From assembly GCF_009914755.1 (NCBI RefSeq), contig NC_060925.1: 64,000 nt of DNA; one strand, given 5' to 3'. This document shows, piece after piece, positions 1-11,279 of this stretch (positions are counted from its first letter, which is position 1; each line of letters opens with the position of its first letter). The notes beneath the pieces were generated by a model. That model did no database searches, was not told the origin of the DNA, and saw nothing but the letters and a program-made list of their open reading frames with translations. Position numbers and translations under genes: made by a program. Origin of the DNA: the human T2T-CHM13v2.0 reference genome, Homo sapiens.

Positions 1-74
1 GAAGGTTCTCTTCCCCAAGGTTAAACTTGGTAACTAATCACACAGACAAAATCTTGCCTGGTAATCATGGCCAG

Positions 75-760
75 GTATGGCCGAAAATGCTGGTGCTCAG
101 CAATATTCATGTTCTTTTCTTCTTCGTGGGCATGGAGCTCAACTATGGTTCCAGACTACCTTGAAGTTAGGTGTTATCGTGTAAGTGTGTTCTTGCCAGG
201 GGAACATGAGTGGAGGTGACTGCACAACTTCTAGAATTGGCTCACATGTGGTGTTTGCTCTTTCCTGACCTGCTTGCTGTATGGAGAAGTCTCCGAGGAC
301 CTACATTGAAGGGTTCTGGGTTCCTGAACAACGCATAGAGTAAGACCTCCCACCCCCACCAACTGCAGTGGGAGAAGCAAGCCTTTTTTTTTTCTTTTTT
401 CTTTTTTTTTTTTTGAGATGGAGTCTCGCCCTGTCGCCTAGGCTGGAGTGCAGTGATGTGAACTTGGCTCACTGCAACCTCTGCCTCCTGGGTTCAAGTG
501 TTCCTCCAGCCTCAGTCTCCCCAGTAGCTGGGATTACAGGCATGTGCCGCTGCATCCAGCTGATTTTTGTATTTTTAGTAGAGATGGGGTTTCACCATGT
601 TGCCCAAGCTGGCCTTGAACTTCTGATCTCAGGTGATCCATCTGCCTTGGCCTCCCAAAGTGCTGGGATTACAAGCGTTGGTCACCGCGCCTGACCGAGA
701 AGTAAACCTTTAATGATGTTAAGCCATTGATTTAGGTACTTGAGTGATTTTCTCTAAAAG
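75..760 (+). mobile_element. MLT1-family MaLR LTR (old, MLT1I/J-like), split by an Alu
   Basis: gactaccttgaagttaggtgttatcgtgtaagtgtgttcttgccaggggaacatgagtggaggtga and, after the Alu, gagaagtaaacc...aagccattgattt resemble the MLT1 body and 3' end. Confidence 0.6.
384..696 (-). mobile_element. Alu (S-like), full length
   Basis: Poly-T then gagatggagtctcgcc...tgggattacaagcgttggtcaccgcgcctgacc; degenerate TSD gagaagcaagccttt (372-386) / gagaagtaaaccttt (697-711). Confidence 0.98.
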
Positions 761-829
761 TGACTTGCTGCCTTATTTCTAGATACGACAGAAACTGACC
801 TCACTTTAAGCGTCCCTTGCCAAGGAGCC

Positions 830-1720
830 AATTATACAAGTGATGAGGAGAATTCAATATGGTGAGATGAATGCGGTGACAGGGACACACAGAGGGCTCT
901 GGGAACTCAGAGAAGGTGCCAAACCCAAGCTGAAAGGCTCAATCAGGAGAGGCACTGACACTCAGAACAGTTCAGAGGATGAGGCGGGGGATGGCGAGGA
1001 CAAGGAGAAAGAGACAAGCAGGTTTCTGTGCAGAGTAAGCAGGGGCAGATGGGGTGCCTGGCTAGGGCCAGGTCAGGAGCAGAGGCTAAGGAAGAAATGA
1101 GGAACCTGAGGGCAAAGAGTTAAGATCCCAAGTCCTGTGAGAGCTGGCTTGGTCGGCTAGGTTTTAGGATTCAAGGCTGAGGAGGGACATTTGCATCTCA
1201 ACAGGAGGAGAAGCAAAAGGGTCACAGCCCTCCAGTCTCTGAATTACTGTGGGTTGGCTGTACCTACCACAGGATCTATAGGGAAGCACCTACAGTCACC
1301 TGATGTATTCTAGTTAGGGTGTAGAGAGGGATGCTGGCTTTGAGATCCATTTAAGAGGCAGAACTAGATTTGCTGACTATTTACAGATGGAGGATGTCAC
1401 GAAGAGAGGAGGTCAGGCCAATACCCAGGTTTTTGACTCAAGTGCCTGAGTAGATGGTTCTGCCATTCACTCACAAACTGGACTTGGGGATGGAACAGTG
1501 TTGTGCAGGAAGTAGGAAAATGAGTCTGGTCTGGGGGCATCTTGAGTTCAAAGGGCCCATGAGACACCCAGTAAGAAAAGTCCCGTAGGCAGATTGCAGA
1601 ATGCATCTGGATCTCACGAGTCAGGTTGGAGCTGGAGGCAGTAACTGAGAGGAGAGGCAGGCCAAGACTGAATCCTGGGGAGCACCAACATGATGGGAAT
1701 GATAAAGAAGGGCCTGTGAA
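830..1720 (-). mobile_element. L2 LINE fragments
   Basis: Purine-rich antisense L2 motifs, e.g. cccaggtttttgactcaagtgcctgagtagatggttctgccattcac and ttgagttcaaagggcccatgagacacccag. Confidence 0.7.
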
Positions 1721-2809
1721 GGTCCTTCTGGTCCCCCCAGACTCCAGTAACAATATTTCCCTCTTGCTTAGCACACAACCGTGCATGGCCTGCATGGTTT
1801 CCTCAGCCCCAACTTCATTCCCTTAGATGAGCTGCTGGCCAAGGCCCACACACGCCTCCTTTCGGAGCCTGCCTAAGCTAGGACAGCCCTAGCAAGGCAA
1901 GTCACATTCTGCCTGAGGGCCCTGCTCTCCTAAGACTCCACAGCCAAACTTCAGTTTTCTACCTTCCCTGACTCAGCCCTAGTCTTGGGATTGGTGTTGG
2001 TGGCATGACTTCGGTCTGCAGAATTTATTATGGGCCCTGCTCTCCTCTCCAGCCAGCCCACTGACTGTGTGACTTAGGCGTGAGTTCACATTTTGGGAAT
2101 TTTAATACATGCTGAGCATCCCAGCCAGTCTAGATTTCTCTGTTTCTGTGCCAGTGGCTTCTTTAAGGTGATCCACTTCCCATTTGTCAATCTCTTTGCC
2201 AGACTTCCTCTGGCTCATTAACTAAAGTCCCCCAAAAAGAAGAAAGTATTTGGAAGGTGTGGTGAATGCTCCCTTTAGCTAATTGACCAACATGTCTGAA
2301 GTCCATGTGGTTTTCTTTACAGAGTCTGACCTGGATCAGAAACATTGGCTTCACTGGGGCTTACTATTATTATTATTTTTTCCCTTCTTGAAGCTTTTAC
2401 GGAACTTTTCTTCTTCCAGATTGACTTAAGCCCAAATACTCCCTTACCTTGTCTAAATTGTCACAGATGACTTGCTGACAACAAAAATATTGTAGACCAT
2501 CTGATTTGGTGTCACGGTCTGCAGAATGATCAGACTCCATAAAAGCCACCCCGAGGACTTCTCCCAGCTCTCATGGAAGGATTACTTGGGCATTAGTCTT
2601 TATGTCTTCAGTTTGGGGAAGTCCCAGTTATCCCTGATTGGGTCCTTTATTACCATGATTTGCTTCCTATTTCTGTCGCTTTTCCTGCAGTGACCAGGTG
2701 AGCAGCGAGACCATTCACAAGAACAGGGATCCAGTAGCCATACCAGACTCCTTCTTTCTTAAGCTCCGTATTCTATCAGCTCCAGGTCTGGCTGATTTGG
2801 CCTGCTGGT

Positions 2810-2997
2810 TTATTCAGCATGTATTTATTATGAGTCTACCATATAACAGGCACTACATTTTAGCACTGGGGGCGCAGTGATGAGCAGGGTAGTTGCAGTC
2901 CCCACACTGGTAGAGATTTCACTGCACAAGGAAGACAATAAAGCAATGACAATAGAGAGGAGTAAGTCTTCCGTAGGGGATATCGCTCTGGGAGGAT
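2810..2997 (-). mobile_element. L2 3' end fragment
   Basis: ttattcagcatgtatttattatgagtctaccatataacaggcact resembles the antisense L2 terminus. Confidence 0.65.
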
Positions 2998-3374
2998 TCC
3001 CTTCATCTCAGGCTAAATGAAGCAATACATGTGAAGTTAGTTTTAAGTTGCAAAGGGCTAATGCAAATGTTGGTCATGTGTTAAGATTATCAACTAGTTC
3101 TTAGAACCTGCTCTCCAAGGACAGAAAAGAAAGAGAGAAAAGGACAAAAGCTGTGGGTTAAGGAGAGACACAGGAGGAGATGAGAAGCTAACAGCGAGAA
3201 AGAATGGGGCAGGAGAACCTGTGTCAGGACTGGACTGAAGAAAGTTCATTTTCTTGAACTGTGCAAGTTACTAGTCTCTGTGGTGAAAGTGAGTTTCCAA
3301 ACCACTTGCTGGTCACCAGGAGGCCACCGGGACCACTTCATCCAATTGCTTTCTTTCTCCCCATCCAGCTACTT

Positions 3375-3510
3375 CCCATCAGGATTCTACAGCTGAGGAA
3401 AGCATGGTCCAGAGAGAGGATGGGACTTGCCAAGGTCCTTTAGTGAGCCAGGGACAGACCTGGACTAGAACTTTGGCCTCCTGACTCCTGCTCCAGGGCT
3501 TTTTCTCACT
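3375..3510 (-). mobile_element. MIR SINE fragment
   Basis: ctacagctgaggaaagc...gacttgccaaggtc antisense MIR core. Confidence 0.7.
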
Positions 3511-4044
3511 ATGCATGTTTTTCTTTTTCTTGGTCAGGAGCACTTTTAATTTAATAAAAGAAAACGTACAGTTTCCTCTCTAACCAAAGATATCCTGTTC
3601 TATCTTTGGACATAGCAACAAAAATGCAAAGTGATTGACAGGCCTGGCAATGTGCTTTCTCAGGCAGAATCTGGGCCGGGCCCTGGCCTGGTTCCTGCCT
3701 CTCTCCGGGGCTGCTAGTGGTTATGAAAGGATCATCACAACACTCAGGTGGTGGTCATGGTTGTGGGGGAAGGGGCTTCCTAGCAGGCTCCGCGACTGCA
3801 GCCACATTTGAAGGATGTGCTGGCTAGTCCAGAAACCCCTAGCTTGCCAGTCTGGGGGCCCCCATTGTCCTAATCCCATCGGGACTGGTCAGGTCTGAAG
3901 TTTCTCCTGCAGGCTGTACCCCAGAGTCCCTGAGGCACTCTGACGAGGGTGCAGGGCCAGTGGCTTGGCTTCAGCTAACTCAGCTCCTTGGATTTGAAAT
4001 GAGCCTTGCTGTCTGGAATGAGACTCGGTTGCCTGTGTGGCTTA

Positions 4045-4280
4045 AGATAACAGTAAGACCCAAAGTGTATTGAGACTTTACAATTTGCCAGGCATTGTTG
4101 TAAATGATTCGCATGCGATATCCTATTTGATCAAGAGCCCTAGCAGAATGGTACTATTTTGAATGTCTGCATCATACAGATGAGGAAACTGAGGCACAAG
4201 AGGGCACCTCTCACAGGCAATAAATAGCCGAGCCAGGCAGACTCAGGCAGCATGATTTCAGAGGCCAGTGTACTCAACAA
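4045..4280 (-). mobile_element. MIR SINE
   Basis: tacagatgaggaaactgaggcac matches the antisense MIR core. Confidence 0.85.
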
Positions 4281-4390
4281 TGAGGAATGTTGGAAATTGC
4301 AGCCTCTCCCAGTGGGTCCCATACACCTGGGCTTTTGCCTCAGTTTTTCTAATCTGTACCCAAATTCCTTGATGAAGTTTAAGACCTTCT

Positions 4391-4976
4391 ATATTAGTCA
4401 GGACTCTTGGTTCCATATGTCAGAAACTCAACTCAAATAGGTTTACGCAAATCACGGACTGGATCAGCTTCTTTCCAGTTCCTGAAACTGCAGGGATTGT
4501 GCTGAACTAAAGCATTACTGAAACTAGATACTCTGGTGATGGAGATGGGATTTTCCTTCTTTTCTCTGTCTTTCAACTCTGTGCTTCTTTGTATTTGCTG
4601 CATCCTCAGGCAGGTGCTTCCTAAGTGAGGGAAAGTTGGCCATGAGCAGCTCCTGGCTTGTGTTCTGCTAGCAGGTGTTTCTTGTCCTAGTTTTAGAAGA
4701 CACTTCCTGCCCCAGTTTTAGAAAAAGCCCTAATGCTTAGTTTGTACTAGGTTGGGTCAAGTGTCCATTGGAGACCAATCATGAGGAAAGGATCATTCTC
4801 TCCTAAATACTCTAAGGCATAGTCCCCTGCATTAGTGTGGAGCCACAGCAGCCCTATTTGAACCGCATGGACAGGGCGTGGTAGGAGGTAGAAGTTCCTT
4901 AAGGGAAATGAGGCTATAAGGACAAGAAAGAGAAATGGATGCCTGGCAGATAAAAACTGTCAGATGTTCCCAACAC
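4391..4976 (-). mobile_element. MLT1-family LTR (MLT1K/L-like)
   Basis: Begins tattagtcaggactcttggtt...cagaaactcaactcaaata; ends aaatggatgcctggcagataaaaac...gatgttcccaaca. Confidence 0.7.
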
Positions 4977-5199
4977 CTGCTCTGGGTCACTACTTAATGT
5001 TTGAGCCCTGAAGCCCTATTCAACCTCTGCCAGCCCTTTTGGAGTCATTTGACTCCAAACTGTCAGGTGCAGTGTCCCCATTCAAGCTGGTCTCTCCGGA
5101 CTTTGAGTTTTGCCCCTTTTCCAATAATCCTTCTGCTGTGGCCCACCCGTCCAGCCCAGGTGTTCTACAGAGGAACAGGATGGAGGGAAAGAGCCTTAC

Positions 5200-5310
5200 C
5201 AACCTCAGTTCTGAGCTCTATCTCTTTGGGCCCCAGTTCCTCATCTGTAAAATGGGAATAATGACACAAAGCTTGCCGGGTTGCTGTCAGGATTAGATAA
5301 CGTGTATGCT
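5200..5310 (+). mobile_element. MIR fragment
   Basis: cccagttcctcatctgtaaaatgggaataatg. Confidence 0.8.
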
Positions 5311-5564
5311 TTGGCGCATGGGAAGTCACTTGGGACATGTGACTAAGTGACTGAGTCTCAGTAACTAAGGCTAATGGTTCTGGAGACTAGGTTTTAGACT
5401 TCAGAATTGTTTTTAATGATGACCCTGAAGTTAGCTGCTTAGCACGATAATTCTGGTTAGATTTTTAGGAGGGGCACCACCAGCGAGCGACCAGCTTCTC
5501 TGTGCCAGTCCCAGTTCACCTGGATTACAGCACAGTGCACCATGCAGAAGGTCAAGGAATAGCC

Positions 5565-6035
5565 TGTGCATCAGTCAGGAAACAGACAGCACACTCCAAT
5601 TAGGACAGATCAAGAATGTCATAGAGGAACTATTTATGGCAGTATGGCAGGGTATAGGGAAGCCACAAAGAATGTTGTACAACCCTGGAGCTAATAACAG
5701 AGAAACTTCTTTACCTTTCCTAGCCCTGAAGGAATGGGGAAGGAGTGGTAACTGGAACCAGAAAAAGACAAGGCTGTATGGAAAGTCCCCCTTACAGCAG
5801 CAGAGACCTCCAGGTGAGGGATCCAGCCAGCCTGCAGTAACCAGAAAGAGCAGGAGCTGCAGGAATAAATACCCCAATTTCTCTTTTCTCTTCTCCTCTA
5901 GTCTTCTGATCATATTTCCCATTGACTAGAGGGAAAGAAAGCCCACTGATGTAGTCTATACAAGTTAGGCACCAGGGATAGAGAGCCAAGTCTAGAGAGA
6001 TGGATAGAAGGCCAAGTATAGAGTAGTGAAGAGGC
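5565..6035 (-). mobile_element. ERVL-class solo LTR (LTR33-like)
   Basis: tcagtcaggaaacagacagcacactc...actatttatggcagtatggcagggtatagggaagccacaa...ccctggagctaataacag resembles the recalled LTR33 consensus. Confidence 0.6.
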
Positions 6036-6329
6036 ATGGGTCAGCTGGCATATTGGCGTGTGACCTTGTTTCTGCCTTTAGTTTGTTGGAGATGGGAGCA
6101 ATAATTTAGCACAGAGAAAAAGAGTCAGTATACTGCACTGATATACTCTCAGTGCAAACCAGGGGCTGTTGCAGACTGAGGAAGGGCTGTGGGTAGGAGA
6201 AGGCAGGTGAACCCACCCGGGTCCAAAACAGACCAACTGATAAAAAGGAGAGTCCACATTAATGAATAGATTCTGCCTTTTGGAGGAGGTGAGGTTGGAG
6301 TTGAGGAGCTGGATGGTCTATCTGCAGTT

Positions 6330-6578
6330 CTGAGTGGTCTTAAACATACAGGTTGCCTGAGTTCAAATTCTAACTCTTCTAGCTGTGCAGCTTTTGGAGA
6401 GTTACTTAAACTCTCTGTTCCTCAGTTTCTTCATTTGTAAAATGGAAATCATGCTATTACCAGCCTGATGGGGTAGTGCTGCTGATTAAATGAGTTAAAA
6501 CATTCAAAGCACTTAGAATAATATCTAGTACATATTAAATACTCACTAAATCTTAGCTGCTTTTATTGTTATTATTAT
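6330..6578 (+). mobile_element. MIR SINE, near full length
   Basis: gttacttaaactctctgttcctcagtttcttcatttgtaaaatgg...gattaaatgagttaa...aaagcacttagaa...(tta)n tail. Confidence 0.9.
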
Positions 6579-6579
6579 C

Positions 6580-6720
6580 GGAAAGAGTACTGAATGAAGA
6601 ATCTTCAAACTTTTATACCAGTATTCATTCTGCCATGACTTGCTTCATGACCTTGGGCAAGTTACTTTCCCTCTTTGGCTTTGTTTCCTCTTCTCTAAGG
6701 TTAAGAGGTGGGATCTGACA
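6580..6720 (+). mobile_element. MIR (MIRc/MIR3-like) fragment
   Basis: tgaccttgggcaagttactttccctct. Confidence 0.75.
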
Positions 6721-7439
6721 CATTTTGGCTAGAAAATTCTACATTCTGCAAGTCCCAAGTCCATTACAGATTTTGCAAAAGCCCCCAAAGGCAAAGTGTG
6801 TTTCCAGGGCCTCTCTGGCTTCTGCCAAAGAGAGCTCCGGTTTCTTCTGTTAGCATTGGCTGGAGGAGTTCCCAATAAGGGACCAGTAAGGCTCCTCCCT
6901 GCAGGTGTCTCAGGGGCTGTGCTAATCTCTTTTTGATGGCCTCCATCTGCAGTGGATCCCCTGGAAGCACTGGCTGCCAGTGGGAGGGGCAAGCCCTTTG
7001 CTGCTGGTCCTTGGGGCAAATCACTCATCTCTGATGGTCTCTCCCTTGGGGCCTGAAGCCTGAGAGTTGGGATAGGAGGTCCCCTGAGTGGCTGGGGGAG
7101 GTGCAGATAGGCTTGGAGGCCATTACACCAACCCTGGCTGGGAAGGATGGCCTGATTCCATGTAAGGCTCTGATATCCCATCTTGGGATTTTTAACTGCC
7201 AATATGATCTCAAATGGCTTAAACTCAGGAAATTTGCCTTCCAATTCTTTTTTCCTGCTTCCTCATTGTGTTTCTTCTATTCTCTTCTCTTGATAAAATG
7301 TGAGCCCCTCAGCACAGCCCATGCATTTTGGCTCCTAGCTGCCTCTAAGCTCTCCTTGTTGCCATTGAAGTCCTTTGTTTTTGAGCTCCAGTTACTCTGG
7401 GGTCTCAGTTCCTTGGTTATACCAAGTGTTTTGTATTTC

Positions 7440-7700
7440 TGGAACTTAGCACATGCCTGGAACACCTCTCCTTTCTATTTCCCTTAGCTAATTCCTCTCA
7501 CCCTTAAATCTCCGGGATGTCATTTCCTCCTCAGAGCCTTCCCTGACACCTGAGGTTACAAGTGATGATAGGTATTGAGCATGTTGCCTATGACCGGCTT
7601 CTCTATGAGACCCTGAGGGCAGGGGCTGTTTCTGCCCTAATCAAGCTGGATTCCCCAAGCCTAGGACAGTGTCTGATTCTCAGAATCTATAATTAATGGA
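7440..7700 (+). mobile_element. L2 fragment
   Basis: gcctggaacacctctcc...gagccttccctgacac...ctgagggcagggg. Confidence 0.6.
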
Positions 7701-7939
7701 AACGTCTCCATCCATTACTCTTTCTTGTCTTTCTTCTTACTTTTCTTTCAAAAATGTAAATTTGCTGATGTTGCTCACCCATTTAAGATTGTCTGACTTT
7801 TTCCTCCTTCCTGGATAAAGGTTTTATTGACAAGGCTCATGAGGATGTGCCTCTTGCTCTTTTCCCAGCCCTGTCCCCATAAACACTCCCCTCCACCCAT
7901 GCCCACTTGCATAGTTTCCAAGGGTATTGTGCTGTTTCT

Positions 7940-8290
7940 CCTCTCCAGCCTTTTGCACAGGCTGTTCACTCAGCCTTGCCTATCCTTCCTGACCCTCTTT
8001 ACCTAATTAACTCTGTTCTTTTAGATCAGATCTCATGAGTCCCTTTCCCCAGAAAATCTGTCCTTAACCTTCCAGATGGGTCCGTTGTCTCTTCTCTCCC
8101 CCACGGTTCCCTGTGCCTGCTTTCCTCATTTTTCTGGTCATGCTGGCTAGGACTTGCTTATTGTTTGTTGTATTTCTCACTAGACTAAGAAGGACCTAAA
8201 AGGACTATGCCTTTTATTTCTGAATTCAGGCCACCTAATATAGTGCCTTGCACATAGTAGGTACTCAGCAAAGGTTTACTGAATAATGAG
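7940..8290 (+). mobile_element. L2 3' end
   Basis: Ends tagtgccttgcacatagtaggtactcagcaaaggtttactgaataatga. Confidence 0.8.
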
Positions 8291-8429
8291 TTTTAGTAAT
8301 GATTTAGTTAACCAGATCATGCCCAGCTTTGTATTGTGATAACATCACTTACTACCAGGATAGACCTCACTGGGTAAATGTACATAACAGTCATTTCTTA
8401 CTGATGAAGCTTCAGTTTTGAAGTACTAG

Positions 8430-8918
8430 GTGCTTAGGGGAAATGGCTCTATCCTCATGCCTGGGAGGATGAGTCATATTGGTTTAAGTCATCCATGGTG
8501 GTGTCAAACTCTTTGTCAGTTTTGGGATTGGGTATGGACATATCAACTGATCATATGGTCCATGGGACCTGAGAAGAAACTCGCTATGGGGCTTCTGGGA
8601 AAGAATTTCTTTGCTGATAGGAGAGATTCACAGGGGGAAAAAATATCATCCTTTTTGGGTAATATGTCCTCAAGTTACCCCTGCTGCACTGTCTTGTGAC
8701 AAGGAGGAGAGACCTCAACAACATGCAGAGAATGGCATAGGACAGGGATGGTAAACACCTGAGCCTTTGATGACATCTCCTGCCCCTGAGTTAAACAAAA
8801 GTAGAATTTCCTCTTATTTCTGGACTTCTTGCTATGTGAATTAATAAGCCCTCTATGGTTTAAGCTCTTTTAAATTTAAGTCTTCTGCTACTTTTAGCGA
8901 GAATCATTTAAAATGATT
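8430..8918 (+). mobile_element. MLT1-family LTR (MLT1K/J-like)
   Basis: ggggcttctgggaaag...cctttgatgacatc...tctggacttcttgctatgtgaattaataagcc...gtttaagc. Confidence 0.7.
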
Positions 8919-9169
8919 TTCTGCCAATGTGTTCTTGGACAAGTCATTTATTCTTGCTAAGCTTGAATTTCTTTACCTGTAAAAAAGAGATGCCAGTATT
9001 TCTGCACTTCTGCACATCAGTGATCTTGTGAAAGAAGTGAATTTGCTTGGAATGAGGGAAGCACTAGACAAATGGAAGAAGGGATTAGCATTAGCCCCTG
9101 CTAGGGGACTTGGAATACAATGATTGGAGCTGACTCATTCTTTCTCTCCCTATTTCTTTCACCAGGTAA

Positions 9170-10060
9170 TAGGTTTAAACACCAAAAAGTATAGAAACAT
9201 ATAAGAATAAAAGATTCTCATCCTCCCCTTTCTCCAATGTGCTAATTCATACTGCCCACCAGCACTTCAGCAAGTAGCTACTGTTGCTCATTCCTTGTTT
9301 TTCTGCCCAGGGATGTTTTATATAAATATAAATGCACAGTACAAGATGTGGTTTGACTGTGTCCTCACCCAAATCTCATCTTGAACTGTGGCTCTCACAG
9401 TTCCTACGCATTATGGGAGGGACCTAGTGGGAGATAATTGAATCATGGGGTCGGTTCCCTCATACTGTTCTCATGGTAGTGAATAAGTCTCACAAGATCT
9501 GCTGGTTTTAAAAGGGATTTACGTTTTTGCTTGGCTCTCATTCTCTCTTGTCTGCCGCCGTGTAAGATGTGACTTTCACCTTCTGCCATGATTGTGAGGG
9601 CTTCTCCAGCTCTGTGGAACTGTGAGTCCATTAAACCTCTTTTTCTGTATAAATTACCCAGTCTCAGGTATGTCTTTACCAGCAGTGTGAAACAGACTAA
9701 TACAGTACACAAACATAGAGTACTATTCTCTCAACTGATTTTTTTTAACTTAAAGAGCACAGTATACCACTGTCCTAGTCCAGTTTACTTTTTCATTTTA
9801 GCAGTGTATCTTGAGATTTTTCCATAACAGCACATAATGAACTTCTTGTTTTCTTTTATAGTATCCTAACATTCCATTATAGGGATGCATTAATTTATTT
9901 CCTCAGTTCCTCATCGATTATCCTTTAGGTTGTTCCAAGACATTATCATTGTAAACAGTGTAGTGATGAATAACATAATAAGTCTGGTTTAACTGTAGAA
10001 GAAATTTTTAGGAGTGGAATTGTTGGGACAAAGTATATATGCATTTATAGCATTTAAAAA
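9170..10060 (-). mobile_element. Ancient L1 (L1ME-like) 3' region, interrupted by a THE1B LTR
   Basis: tatcttgagatttttccat...attccattatagggatg...tttaggttgttcca...ggagtggaattgttggg antisense L1M motifs. Confidence 0.75.
9344..9704 (+). mobile_element. THE1B-like solo LTR
   Basis: gatgtggtttgactgtgtcctcacccaaatctcatcttgaa...tataaattacccagtctc...gactaataca; perfect 5-bp TSD GTACA (9339-9343 / 9705-9709). Confidence 0.95.
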
Positions 10061-10806
10061 TGTGGCTGCTTGCATCTTAATTACTAAATGAGGTCTGAGG
10101 GAAAGAGACTGCAGACTCCCTTTTTCACCCAGCCCCATGCCATACCTGCTCCAGATATTATCCTGGGCCAGTCTGACCTTTCTTCACTCCACAAATATTT
10201 ATTGTGGACATTAGAAAAATAGTCATGTGGGATGGCTCTTTCCTGAATGAATGAGCTAGACGAGAGCCTGGAGATGACTTGATAGATGATGACTGGGAGC
10301 CCAGAGAGGTCGAGTGCTGCAGGGCTGCACAACAGAGCTGGAACGAAGACCTAGGGCTTTGTGATTCCCAGTCCAGGATTCTTACTTTTGTGCTGGCGCT
10401 CGTCTCTCCGCTGCAGTGCTAGTCTGAAAACAACCTCAGGGAGACTTCACCATAATTAAGTTCACATCCTGAGTAGCATTCTGCATGGACTCCATGGGCT
10501 TTTTACACATTCTAGTCCTGTCATATGCAATCACTCATCATTCATTCATTCATCCATTCATTCAGGGTTCACAGAAAGGAAACATCAGGGTACATCTCCA
10601 GAGGTGTTTGTGGGGGTGCTGTGCGCAGGGCAGTCCTGCTCTGCCTTGCAGTGGCTGGTCCTCACCAGGAGCAGGAGGTCGTTCTAATCTGTTCCACTTC
10701 AAGAGGATAAAGACAAACTGGATATCTGGGAGAGGAAACTGGAGTGGGGAGGGGACTTGAAAACAGGTCCCATAAAGGTGATTGGGGGAAGTAGAGCGGT
10801 TGTCTT

Positions 10807-10862
10807 GAAGAGGAGGTTTGGGGAGCCTGAGCTAGAAGAGGAGGTTTGGGGAGCCTGAGCTA
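10807..10862. repeat. Perfect 28-bp tandem duplication
   Basis: gaagaggaggtttggggagcctgagcta x2. Confidence 0.97.
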
Positions 10863-10997
10863 GAGAGGGCAGAGGGTTCTGTGCTGGTCCTGAGAAGAGG
10901 GAGAGACAGACTCCTGGGAGCTGTTGAGAGGGAGTAAGAGTGGACACTAACATCAGAGAGGTCCAACCCTGGGCTGGGCAGCTCTGAGGGGTAAGTG

Positions 10998-11225
10998 TGT
11001 CATTCCTGCTGAAGACCCTTCAGTGGAAGGGTCTTCCACTCTCTTAACTATTAGAATGAAGGTCAAACTCTTTACCATGGCCTGCGAGAGCCCACATGCT
11101 CTGGCCTCCTGCCCCCTGACACCTCCCCTTTAGCCTCATCTTATGCTACTGGGCCTTTCTTCTTTGGCTCCCTGTTCACACTTACCTGCTTCAGTGCCCT
11201 TGCACATGCTGCTCCCTTTAGAATG
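10998..11225 (+). mobile_element. L2 fragment
   Basis: tagaatgaaggtcaaactctttaccatggcctgc...ccttgcacatgctgctccc. Confidence 0.7.
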
Positions 11226-11279
11226 AGACCAAGGAGATACATTCCTTAATGGGATTACATGAACTAATAATACCAATGA

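Noticed and set aside
368-694. 108-aa ORF and similar ORFs at 14284, 18775, 27250, 38806, 58363, 62921 and 63423
   Set aside because: Translations of Alu sequence ([26 protein letters not shown]); not genes
6729-7244. 171-aa minus-strand ORF in unique DNA (likewise 21083-21601 and 51433-51936)
   Set aside because: No recognisable protein family or supported exon structure; the other two overlap MIRs; such lengths occur by chance
10533-10564. (TTCA)n tracts (also near 60945-60965)
   Set aside because: Typical L2 tail remnants with no independent significance
10807-10862. Short direct repeats (also 33810, 37257, 45019, 59764) as a CRISPR-like array
   Set aside because: Only two adjacent copies each, no spacer series, unrelated units, eukaryotic context
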